From Planctomycetota bacterium (lineage in GTDB: Bacteria > Planctomycetota > UBA1135): a DNA stretch of 51,273 nt. This document shows positions 40,960-51,273 of the stretch, piece by piece; the first letter of the stretch is position 1, and each line of letters begins with the position of its first letter. Location of the stretch: the NCBI GenBank assembly GCA_036396955.1, contig DASWJW010000075.1:1-51273 (forward strand), given 5' to 3'. Both the position numbers and the translations under genes were made by a program. The notes under the pieces are model-generated. The model was not told the DNA's origin. It did no database searches and saw only the letters and a program-made list of their open reading frames with translations.

Positions 40960-42323
40960 CGCCGTCCTCCCGGCAGCGCCTCGAAGGGCGCGGAAGCGTC
41001 GAACGGGCTGGCGCCCTGGAACAGCACCAATTCGGCGCGGGCGCCGCGCGCGATCCGGCCGTGGCTGCCCTCGAGCCCGAGCAGGCGCGCGGGGATCTCG
41101 GTGAGGCTGGCCCAGACCGCCGCGGGATCGGCGCCAGCGGCGATCAATTCGCCGGCGCGGAGCAGGAGCAGGCCCTGGGCGCCGTCCGAGCCCCCGCTGG
41201 CCAGCGCGACCTCGACGCCGGCGTCGGTCAGGCGCCGGTAGCGGACCGCCAGGGACCGTTCTGCGGCAGCCCGCGAACCGTGCTGCGGCGCGACCGCCAG
41301 CACCACCGCGATTTCGGCGGCGGCGAGTTCGCGCGCCAGCAGGTCGGCTTCTTCCGCGCCGACGGCGATCACGCGGTCCAGTTCGAAACGCTCCTTGATC
41401 GCAATGAGTTCGCGCAGCTCGTGTGCTTGCCCGAGGTGCACGCGCAGCGGCAGTTCGCCGTCGAGCACGCGCAGCAGCAGCTCGCGTTCGGCGTTGCGCG
41501 AAGGCTCCTTGGGACGCTCGGGCCGCTTGGGAGGACCGGATTCCGTTTTGCCGTTCCCGTCCTTCTTGTCGCCTTCGTCCTGCCCGGGCGCGCCGCCGCC
41601 GTCCTTCTTCTCCTTGTCGCCCTTCGCCTTCTTGGCGACGTATTCGTCGAGCTTCTTGGCGTATTCCTCGAGGTCCTTCGCGTGCTTTTCGAGCTTCTCT
41701 TCCCAGTCTTCCCGCGCTTCGCGATAGGTCTCGGCCTGCACCAGGGCCTCGGTCAAGGCGCCGGCGTCGGTGAGCGCGGCCACGCCTTCGCCGCGGCCGC
41801 TGCCGGTCGCCATGTCCACTCCTTCGAGTCCCGCGGGAGTGGGCAGGTCGTTGGCCGAGAAGACCACCGTCGTGCCGAGACCGCGCTGCAGTCCGCTGCC
41901 GCGCGCGGGCAAGTACGCCGCCGCAACGCCGGCGGCGCGCGCCGCCGCGACGCGCGCGGCGAGTTGCGGATCGGCGCCGGCGAGATCGACCGGAAGGCCG
42001 TCGCGCACTTGCTCGTCCCCCGGCCCGCCGTTTCCCGCGAGCAGGTCGCCAGGCAGCAGGCCGGACCACGCGTCGACGAAGCCGGCGGCGAGCGTGCCGG
42101 CGAGTTCGACCGTGCGGCCGCCGCGCGGCGCGCGCGCGGACACGGCCTGGATCTCGCCGTCGCGCACCGTCACGTACGCCGGTGCGATGCGGGTTTCCGC
42201 ATCGAGCCAGGCCGCGTCGGCCTTGTAGACCACCACGCCGCCGGCCTGCCCGGATACGACGGGGGTGAGGAGAAGCAGGGCCAGGGCCCCGGCGAGGGCC
42301 CCACGAAGGGAGAGGGGGTTCAA
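40956..42323 (-). CDS. exported amidohydrolase-fold paralogue, array member 1 of 8, with K/E/D-rich insert
   Basis: A TTG start gives MNPLSLRGALAGALALLLLTPVVSGQ. The HxH position is LAAGFVDAWSGL. A charged insert lies at nt 41496-41738 (REDWEEKLEKHAKDLEEYAKKLDEYVAKKAKGDKEKKDGGG...). The C-terminal motif is GRIARGARAELVLFQGASPFD. Confidence 0.72.
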   Translation of the reverse strand: MNPLSLRGALAGALALLLLTPVVSGQAGGVVVYKADAAWLDAETRIAPAYVTVRDGEIQAVSARAPRGGRTVELAGTLAAGFVDAWSGLLPGDLLAGNGGPGDEQVRDGLPVDLAGADPQLAARVAAARAAGVAAAYLPARGSGLQRGLGTTVVFSANDLPTPAGLEGVDMATGSGRGEGVAALTDAGALTEALVQAETYREAREDWEEKLEKHAKDLEEYAKKLDEYVAKKAKGDKEKKDGGGAPGQDEGDKKDGNGKTESGPPKRPERPKEPSRNAERELLLRVLDGELPLRVHLGQAHELRELIAIKERFELDRVIAVGAEEADLLARELAAAEIAVVLAVAPQHGSRAAAERSLAVRYRRLTDAGVEVALASGGSDGAQGLLLLRAGELIAAGADPAAVWASLTEIPARLLGLEGSHGRIARGARAELVLFQGASPFDASAPFEALPGGRR

Positions 42324-42464
42324 GACTGGCGGTGGCGACGCTCCGAAGCCGGGCGTCGCCGGGCCATCCTACGAATTTGGACAATGGAATTAGTAGGGGT
42401 TTTTCCGCCCCAAGCCCGGTGGCAGGCAGGGGATCGGGGGGTCGTACTTCTTAGACTCCGGGCC

Positions 42465-43307
42465 ATGACTGCATCGGAGCCGGCCCCCCCTCCCGCCCCG
42501 CCGGTGGTCCACCCGACCGCCGTGGTGATGCCTGGCGCCGAACTCGGCGCCGGAGTCGAAGTCGGCCCCTACGCGGTGCTCGAGCCCGGCGTCGAGGTCG
42601 GCGCCGGTTCGCGCATCGCCGCCCACGCCCAGCTGCTGGGCCGCACCGTGCTGGGTGCGCGCTGCGTGGTCGGCCCGGGGACCGTGCTGGGCGGCGTCCC
42701 CCAGGACGCCAAGTACGCCGGCGAGCGGACCCTGGTGCGGATCGGCGCCGATTGCGTCTTCCACGAGCATGCCACCGTGCACCGCGCCACCGGCGAGGGC
42801 GGCGAGACCGTGCTCGGCGCCGGGGTGCGGCTGATGGTCGGCGCCCACGTCGGCCACAACTGCACGGTGGGAGACGGCGCGATCCTGGTCAACGGAGCCG
42901 CGCTCGGCGGCCACGTGGTGGTCGGCGCGGGAGCGTTCCTGTCGCAGACCTCCGGCGTGCATCAATTCGGCCGGGTCGGCCGGCTCACGCTGGTCGGCGG
43001 CGCCACCATGCTCACGCGCGACGCGCCGCCGTTTTCCGTGGTCGTCGGCAGCTACCCGCCGCGCTGGCGGGCGCCGAATACCATCGGCCTGCGCCGCGCG
43101 GGCTTCCTCCCCGCCCAGCGCGACGCGATCCGCACTGCGCTCCGCGCGCTGTTCGCGCCCGGCGCCAACCCGCGCCAGGTCGCCGAGCAGTACGCGAACC
43201 ACGCGGATCCGAACCTCGCCGAACTCGCGGCCTTCGTGCTCGCCGGCCGCCGCCAGCTGGTCGCCCCGCCGGCGCGCGATCCGGCGGACGAAGCCGACGC
43301 CGACTGA
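42465..43307 (+). CDS. lpxA: acyl-ACP--UDP-N-acetylglucosamine O-acyltransferase
   Basis: Left-handed beta-helix hexapeptide repeats: VHPTAVVMPGAELGAGVEVGPYAVLEPGVEVGAGSRI... Further LpxA motifs are GGVPQDAKYAGE, VGHNCTVGDGAILVNGAALGGHV, VHQFGRVG, DAPPF and NTIGLRRAGF. Confidence 0.9.
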   Translation: MTASEPAPPPAPPVVHPTAVVMPGAELGAGVEVGPYAVLEPGVEVGAGSRIAAHAQLLGRTVLGARCVVGPGTVLGGVPQDAKYAGERTLVRIGADCVFHEHATVHRATGEGGETVLGAGVRLMVGAHVGHNCTVGDGAILVNGAALGGHVVVGAGAFLSQTSGVHQFGRVGRLTLVGGATMLTRDAPPFSVVVGSYPPRWRAPNTIGLRRAGFLPAQRDAIRTALRALFAPGANPRQVAEQYANHADPNLAELAAFVLAGRRQLVAPPARDPADEADAD

Positions 43308-43337
43308 ATCCGCCTTCGTCCAGCCGAATCCCCCGCC

Positions 43338-45302
<1,965 letters not shown>

Positions 45303-45326
45303 GGGTCCGCGCCGGCCGGCGGCGCG

Positions 45327-45356
45327 CTGGCAGGCGCCCGCCCCGGCTGATAGAAT
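45327..45356 (+). promoter_or_regulatory. candidate sigma70-type promoter for the riboswitch-led transcript
   Basis: CTGGCA (45327-45332), an 18-nt spacer, then TAGAAT (45351-45356), about 75 nt upstream of the riboswitch P1 stem. This is a motif match only. Confidence 0.3.
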
Positions 45357-45431
45357 CCTTGCGCCAACCGCCCTCGGGCGGGGACGCTCGATCCTTTCCA
45401 TCGCCAGGCGGGGCCCACGCCCCGCCAAAAG

Positions 45432-45599
45432 CCCTCGGGTGCCGGGAAGGAGGTGAAAATCCTCCACGGTCCCGCCGCCGTAAGCGCGGACGAGGGCTGC
45501 CGAGGGTTCCTGCAGGAACCCGGAACGCCACTGCGCCGATCGGAGCGCGGGAAGGTGCAGCCCGAGATCGATGCGCAAGTCGGAACACCGGTCCGGGGG
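45432..45599 (+). promoter_or_regulatory. cobalamin (B12) riboswitch aptamer
   Basis: Conserved core elements occur in the canonical order. GGGAAGGAGGTGAAAATCCTCCACGGTCCCGCCGCCGTAA lies at 45444-45483. GCCACTG lies at 45527-45533, paired downstream with GGGAAGG at 45549-45555. The B12-box-like AGTCGGAACACCGG lies at 45578-45591. The P1 stem pairs CCCTCGG (45432-45438) with CCGGGGG (45593-45599). The aptamer sits in the 341-nt gap between acs and the next gene. Confidence 0.85.
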
Positions 45600-45643
45600 A
45601 TGGCTTTCCCAAGTTCCGGGCGAGGTACCCGGCAGGAGTCCCG

Positions 45644-47086
45644 ATGTTCCGATCTTCCCTTCCGCGCCCCGCGTCGGCGGCGTTAGCGCTTCTCGTTCTG
45701 TCCGCACTTTGCGCCACGGACGCGCCGGCGCAGACCTTCCGCCAGGAGATTTCGCTGAGCGGCTTGGGCAACGGCAATCCGGCCAAGCCCTTCGGCATCA
45801 CGTACGAGCGCTACAGCGGCCGTTTGTTCGTCGGCGTCGCCGGCCAGTTCTTCGCCGACAACGACGTCGTCGCGCTGCTCGATCCCGACTCCAAGGCGGT
45901 GCTCGGCACCTTGCAAGCCGGCTTGTTCCCCGAGGACGTCGCCTTCGCCTACGACCAGAGCGGCCGCCCCACTTTCGGCGCGGTCACCAACTCGACCAGC
46001 GGCAGCGTCACCGTCTGGGACGCGAACACCGATGCGGTGGTCGCCACCGTGCGGCTGCCCGACCCGCAGGGCTTCGGCACCGCTTATCCCTTCGGCATCG
46101 CCGCCAGCCCCGGCGGCGGGCGATTCCACGTCACCACGCAGGACGGCAGCGGCGCGGTGTACGCGCTCGATCTCGCCGACCTCGCGCTCGATCCGGCCGC
46201 CGCATTCCAGCTCGGCGGCAACGTCGCCGGCGGCCGGCCGCTCGCCGTCGCCCGCCGGTTGTTCGTTCCGGCCACGTTCCAGGATCCCGCTTTCACCGGA
46301 TCCCTGGGCGGAATCGCCGCGGTCGATCTCGGCGCAGGCGGCGTGGCGTGGTCGCGCCAGCTCGTCGACCGCCGCGGCGCCTTCCAGTGGCCGAGCAGCC
46401 AGGCCGTGGTGGCGCTCGCCGACGGCCGCCTGATCCTGGGCGGCACCGGCTTCGAGGGCCGCCTGTACGTGCTCGAGCAGGACGGCACGCTGCAACGCAC
46501 CTTGCGGATCGGCACGCCGCAAGGCAGCGCGCACGGTCTGGCCCTGTCGCCCGACGAGTCCTTGCTGGTGGTCTGCGACCTGGCCGGCAATTCGCTGGCG
46601 GTGATCGACCTGTTGAACATGGAAGAGATCGCCGTGATCGACTTGACCGCGATCGACGGGACTTTCAAGGAGCCCAACGCCGCGGTGTTCGTCGGCGCGG
46701 AACTGTTCGTCACGCTGCAGGGGAAGGAGAGCGTGCTGGTGTTCGACGACTTCCCCGCGCCCTTGCCAGGCGGCGGCTTCGCCGGCGCGCTCACCGTCAG
46801 CGACTCGGCGCCGGCGTTGGGCGGCGCATTCGCAGTCGGCGTGAGCGGACCGGGCCGGGTGGCGATCCTCGCGAGCACCGAAGACACTGCGGCGGTGGTC
46901 GCGGGCGTCGCCCTGCTGCTCGGCCCCGCCCCGGCCGTGCAAGGCAGCGCGGCGGGCGCCGCGACGCGGACCTACACGATTCCGTCGAATCCGGCCTTCC
47001 GCGGCCGCCACTTCTTCTTCCAGGGAGTGGTCGACGTCTTCGGCGCGCCGCGCGCGACCGCGCCGCGGATGATCGTGGTCCAATAG
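45644..47086 (+). CDS. secreted beta-propeller (YVTN/NHL-like repeat) protein with C-terminal beta-sandwich-like tail
   Basis: AGGAG lies 5 nt upstream of ATG 45644. The signal peptide is MFRSSLPRPASAALALLVLSALCATDAPAQ. The body has repeated units such as PFGITY...GRLFVGVAG, PEDVAFAYD, AYPFGIAASPGGGRFHVTT, GLALSPDESLLVVCDLAGNSLAVIDL. It lies in the C-terminal part of track ORF 42752..47086. Confidence 0.8.
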   Translation: MFRSSLPRPASAALALLVLSALCATDAPAQTFRQEISLSGLGNGNPAKPFGITYERYSGRLFVGVAGQFFADNDVVALLDPDSKAVLGTLQAGLFPEDVAFAYDQSGRPTFGAVTNSTSGSVTVWDANTDAVVATVRLPDPQGFGTAYPFGIAASPGGGRFHVTTQDGSGAVYALDLADLALDPAAAFQLGGNVAGGRPLAVARRLFVPATFQDPAFTGSLGGIAAVDLGAGGVAWSRQLVDRRGAFQWPSSQAVVALADGRLILGGTGFEGRLYVLEQDGTLQRTLRIGTPQGSAHGLALSPDESLLVVCDLAGNSLAVIDLLNMEEIAVIDLTAIDGTFKEPNAAVFVGAELFVTLQGKESVLVFDDFPAPLPGGGFAGALTVSDSAPALGGAFAVGVSGPGRVAILASTEDTAAVVAGVALLLGPAPAVQGSAAGAATRTYTIPSNPAFRGRHFFFQGVVDVFGAPRATAPRMIVVQ

Positions 47087-47136
47087 GCCGCCGGCATCGC
47101 GCCAGGGCGGCCTCCTGGCGCGCACCCGCCCCGCTC

Positions 47137-47168
47137 CCGCCCCCGCCTTCCCGTCGAGGCGGGGGCGG
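47137..47168 (+). terminator. strong GC hairpin downstream of the beta-propeller gene
   Basis: CCGCCCCCGCC-ttcccgtcga-GGCGGGGGCGG is a perfect 11-bp stem 50 nt after the stop. There is no U-tract. A second 8-bp hairpin, GCGCGTTG...CAACGCGC, lies at 47192-47221. Confidence 0.4.
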
Positions 47169-47270
47169 CGTAATCTCGGCGGTCCGAATTCGCGCGTTGC
47201 GCCACAGACTCCACAACGCGCGCGCGCCTTCGTGCGTACGCAAGCGCCGAGTCCGGACTCTGGACGAGAG

Positions 47271-48272
<1,002 letters not shown>

Positions 48273-48287
48273 TCGCGCGACCGGGAG

Positions 48288-49172
48288 ATGGCGCGGCTCT
48301 CCGTTCCCGAGATCCTCCGCAAGGTGCGGAGAGTGCGTCTGGCGGCCAACCGCCAGGTCGACGACCTGTTGTCGGGCGGCTACCAGTCGGTGTTCCGCGG
48401 CCAGGGCATGGAATTCGACGAGGTGCGCGAATACCAGCCGGGCGACGACATCCGCTCGATCGACTGGAACGTGACCGCGCGCGCCGGGCGGCCTTTCGTC
48501 AAGCGCTACTCCGAAGAGCGCGAGCTCACCGTGCTGTTCGTGGTGGACGTCTCCGCCTCCGGAGTCTTCGGCTCGCAGGACGGCGCCAAGCTCGACCTCC
48601 TGATCGAACTCGCGGCGGTGCTGATGTTCGCCGCGGCGCGCAACCAGGACAAGGTCGGCCTGCTGTTCTTCGCCGGCGAAGTGCTGCAGTTCGTGCCGCC
48701 GCGCAAGGGCCGCGGCCACGTGATGCGCTGCTTGCGCGAGCTGGTGGCGGTCGAGCCCCGCGCCGGCGGCACCGACATCGCGGCTGCCGCCGAGTACTTG
48801 CGCGGGGTGCAGAAACGGCGCGCGGTGGTGTTCCTGCTCTCCGATTTCCTCGCTCCGCTCGACGAGCGCGTGCTCGCGGCGGTCAAGCACCGCCACGACT
48901 TGATCGCGGTCAGCGTGAGCGATCCGCACGAGCGCGAACTGCCGGCCGCGTGGCTGCGGCTGCTCGACCCCGAGACCGGCGAGCTGGTCGAAGCCGACGG
49001 CCGCTCTCCGGCGGTGCGGCGCGCCTTCGCCGACAAGGCCGCGCGCGGCGAGGCCCGCCTGGCCAAGACTTTGCGGCGCTCCGGCGTCGACCGCCTGCCC
49101 TTGTGCTGCGGCGAGGCCTATCTGCAGACCCTGCTCCGTTTCTTCGAGATGCGCCGACGGCGCGTGCACTAG
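48288..49172 (+). CDS. DUF58 domain protein (MoxR-associated)
   Basis: GGYQSVFRGQGMEFDEVREYQPGDDIRSIDWNVTAR...FVVDVSAS... is the typical DUF58 signature. The gene sits directly after moxR. Confidence 0.85.
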   Translation: MARLSVPEILRKVRRVRLAANRQVDDLLSGGYQSVFRGQGMEFDEVREYQPGDDIRSIDWNVTARAGRPFVKRYSEERELTVLFVVDVSASGVFGSQDGAKLDLLIELAAVLMFAAARNQDKVGLLFFAGEVLQFVPPRKGRGHVMRCLRELVAVEPRAGGTDIAAAAEYLRGVQKRRAVVFLLSDFLAPLDERVLAAVKHRHDLIAVSVSDPHERELPAAWLRLLDPETGELVEADGRSPAVRRAFADKAARGEARLAKTLRRSGVDRLPLCCGEAYLQTLLRFFEMRRRRVH

Positions 49173-49176
49173 GCCG

Positions 49177-50187
49177 ATGCGATTCTCCCGCCCGCTGTTC
49201 GCGCTGTTTCTCGCCGCCGCGCCGGCGGCTTGGAGCGCGGCGCCGCTCGCGGGCCAGGCGCCCTTGGTGCGCGACGCCGAGAACGGCGAAGTGCGCTTGC
49301 ACGTCGAACTGCGCCCGACTGCGCCGCGGCTTTCCGACCCCGTCGAACTGCGGGTCGAGATCGAAGCGCCCGAACGGCTCGAACTCGCGCCGCTGGAATT
49401 CGGCGAGCGCCTTGGCGACTTCGAGATCCGCGCCGTCCGCGAAGAGCCGTCGACTCTGCAGGACGGCCGCCTGATCGTGCGCCGCACGCTGACGCTCGAG
49501 CCGCGCCACGCCGGCACTCTGGAACTGCCGCCGCTCGCGATCGGCTGGCGCGAGCAGGACGGCAAGGTCGGCTTCGTCGAGACCGCGGCGCTGCTCGTCG
49601 AAATCGCGAGCGAGGCGCCGCCTGGCGCCGACTTCGACGCGCTGCACGGCGCCGCCGAACCGCTCGATCCCGCTCCCGCGGCGCCGCCCTGGCGGCCGAT
49701 CGGCGCCGGCGCCGTGGCGCTCGCCCTGCTGGTGCTCGCGATCCGCGCCTTGCGCCGCCGCGGACCCGCGCTCGCGGCAGCACCGCCGCCCCCGCCGACC
49801 GCCACGCCGCGGCAGCGTGCCCGCGCCGGCCTCGACGCACTGCAGCAAGCGCGGCCCGCGCCGGGCGGCGACCTGGTGCCCTTCATCGCGCGGCTGACCG
49901 GAGTCGTGCGGATCTTCGTCGAAGAAGGCTGCGGCGTGCGCGCGCCCGAGCAGACCACCGAGGAGTTCCTCCAAGCGATCGCCGTCCACCCGGACTTCGA
50001 CGGCAAGCAGCGGCAGCTCCTCTCCGGTCTGCTCGAGATCGGCGACCTGGTCAAGTTCGCGGCCGCTGCGCCCGGCGTCGAAGCCCTGGACGCGAGCCTC
50101 GCGAACGCGCGCCGCTTCGTCGACGGCTTCGGCGGTCCCGAGTCGGCCGCCGACCGGCCCTCCTATCCGCTGGAGCTCGCCGCGTGA
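49177..50187 (+). CDS. membrane protein with DUF4381-like C-terminal region (Bat-operon component)
   Basis: A signal peptide and an N-terminal beta-rich region are followed by the TM segment IGAGAVALALLVLAI. The C-terminal region ...IARLTGVVRIFVEE...EQTTEEFLQAI...LLEIGDLVKFAA is a DUF4381-like pattern. The position between DUF58 and BatA fits. Confidence 0.6.
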   Translation: MRFSRPLFALFLAAAPAAWSAAPLAGQAPLVRDAENGEVRLHVELRPTAPRLSDPVELRVEIEAPERLELAPLEFGERLGDFEIRAVREEPSTLQDGRLIVRRTLTLEPRHAGTLELPPLAIGWREQDGKVGFVETAALLVEIASEAPPGADFDALHGAAEPLDPAPAAPPWRPIGAGAVALALLVLAIRALRRRGPALAAAPPPPPTATPRQRARAGLDALQQARPAPGGDLVPFIARLTGVVRIFVEEGCGVRAPEQTTEEFLQAIAVHPDFDGKQRQLLSGLLEIGDLVKFAAAAPGVEALDASLANARRFVDGFGGPESAADRPSYPLELAA

Positions 50188-51254
50188 GCCGCTTCGACTT
50201 CGCCGACCCGCTCTGGCTGCTGGCGCTGCTCCCGCTCGCCGCGCTGGTGGCGTGGAGCTGGCGGCGCGGCCGGCGCGCCGCGGCGGTGTACTCGTCGGCG
50301 CAGTTGCTCGAAGGCCTGCCGCGCAGCACCGCGCAGCGTCTGCGGCCGGCCACGCCGTTTCTCTTGTTCCTGGCGCTCGGCCTGGTGGTGGTCGCACTCG
50401 CGCGTCCGCGCATCGGCTCCGAAGAGCACCGCGTGCGCCGCGAAGGCGTGGCGATCGTGGCCGCGATCGACCGCAGCCACTCGATGGCCGCGCTCGACTT
50501 CGAAGTCGACGGCCAGCCGATCACGCGCCTGCAGGCCGCCAAGCGGGTGCTGCGCGACTTCATCGCCGGCGGCGAAGCGCTGCCGGGCCGGCCCAGCGAC
50601 TTGATCGGCCTGGTCGCCTTCGGCGGCTACGCCGAGAGCCTCGCGCCGCTCACTTTCGACCACCAGGCGCTGCAGAGCGTGCTCGACGGCGTCGAGCTGC
50701 CGCCCGACCGGCGCGGCGAAGTGCGCGACCAGCAGGAACTGCAGCTCGCCGAACAGGAAGGCGCTACGGCGATCGGCGACGCGATCGCGCTCGGCGTCGA
50801 GCGCTTGCGTCAGATCGACGCCAAGAGCCGGGTGGTCGTGCTGCTCTCGGACGGCGAGAACACCGCCGGCGCCATCGAGCCGGCCGACGCGGCGCGGATC
50901 GCCGCCGGACTCGGCGTGCGGGTCCACACCATCGGCATCGGCCGCACGGGGCCCGCGCCCTTCCTGGTCACCGACCGCCTGGGCCGCAAACGCACCGTCA
51001 CCCAGGTGGTGCGGCTCGACGAGCGCGCGTTGCGCGAAGTCGCCGAGACCACCGACGGCAAGTACTTCCACGCCGAGAACGCCGAGGCGCTGCGCGAGGT
51101 CTACGCCGCGATCGATACCCTGGAGAAGACCGAGATCGAAGGCGAGATCTTCACCTACTACGACGAGCGCTTCCAGCTCGCGTTGCTGCCGGGCTGCGGC
51201 CTGCTCGCGCTGCTCTTCCTCGCCCGCGCCACGCGTTTCCGCACGGTGCCCTGA
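50184..51254 (+). CDS. batA: BatA-like von Willebrand factor A domain membrane protein
   Basis: The GTG start overlaps the upstream TGA (GTGA). The N-terminal TM pair is FADPLWLLALLPLAALV...FLLFLALGLVVVALARP. The VWA MIDAS motif is VAAIDRSHSM, followed by LSDGENTAG. A C-terminal TM segment is present. Confidence 0.85.
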   Translation: MSRFDFADPLWLLALLPLAALVAWSWRRGRRAAAVYSSAQLLEGLPRSTAQRLRPATPFLLFLALGLVVVALARPRIGSEEHRVRREGVAIVAAIDRSHSMAALDFEVDGQPITRLQAAKRVLRDFIAGGEALPGRPSDLIGLVAFGGYAESLAPLTFDHQALQSVLDGVELPPDRRGEVRDQQELQLAEQEGATAIGDAIALGVERLRQIDAKSRVVVLLSDGENTAGAIEPADAARIAAGLGVRVHTIGIGRTGPAPFLVTDRLGRKRTVTQVVRLDERALREVAETTDGKYFHAENAEALREVYAAIDTLEKTEIEGEIFTYYDERFQLALLPGCGLLALLFLARATRFRTVP

Positions 51255-51256
51255 CA

Positions 51257-51273
51257 TGGTCTGGCTCGACTCC
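51257..51273 (+). CDS. 5-prime end of a next Bat-operon gene (partial, runs off the window)
   Basis: ATGGTCTGGCTCGACTCC begins 2 nt after the batA stop. Only 5 full codons (and part of a sixth) are visible. Confidence 0.2.

Noticed and set aside
42369-42405. An AT-richer patch (ctacgaatttggacaatggaattagtaggggttttt) between array member 1 and lpxA, considered as a divergent promoter with TTGGAC and TAGGAT-like hexamers.
   Set aside because: I could not find a -35/-10 pair with acceptable 16-18 nt spacing on either strand. It is probably promoter DNA, but no specific element can be supported.

Overview
Very GC-rich bacterial chromosomal window (GC judged by eye, not computed). About 40 protein genes are packed tightly, and many stop and start codons overlap as ATGA, GTGA or TGATG. 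I saw no rRNA, tRNA, CRISPR array, transposase or integrase. The long Arg/Ala/Gly/Pro-rich ORFs in alternate frames are GC artefacts. Gene order: DedA-like membrane protein, pirin and a Ser/Thr kinase-TM-14xWD40 protein (0.1-5.4 kb). Then a long minus-strand block (5.5-16.2 kb): mini PstS-like protein, OprO/P-like porin, sulfatase, small lipoprotein, a complete cyanophycin operon (iadA-cphB-cphA plus a CphA paralogue lacking the ATP-grasp domain), and a second copy of the lipoprotein carrying an in-frame TAG. Next come a CopD-like membrane protein, a Tat-signal Gfo/Idh/MocA oxidoreductase, a MetE-like protein, a DUF3604/PHP-like hydrolase and a second sulfatase (16-23 kb). Then two small secreted-protein genes (one again with an in-frame TAG), a sulfotransferase coupled to a long topoisomerase III, a pseudopilin-like protein, a TrpD2-like protein and Bcp (23-30 kb). 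The most unusual locus is at 29989-42323: eight consecutive, translationally coupled, signal-peptide-bearing amidohydrolase-fold paralogues (nine modules). Only one of them keeps the HxH metal-binding strand. The window ends with lpxA, acs, a clear cobalamin riboswitch in front of a secreted beta-propeller protein, and a MoxR-DUF58-DUF4381-BatA (Bat-type) operon. The gene content (sulfatases, WD40 kinase, Tat oxidoreductase, few Shine-Dalgarno sites) resembles Planctomycetota-like genomes, but this is only inference.
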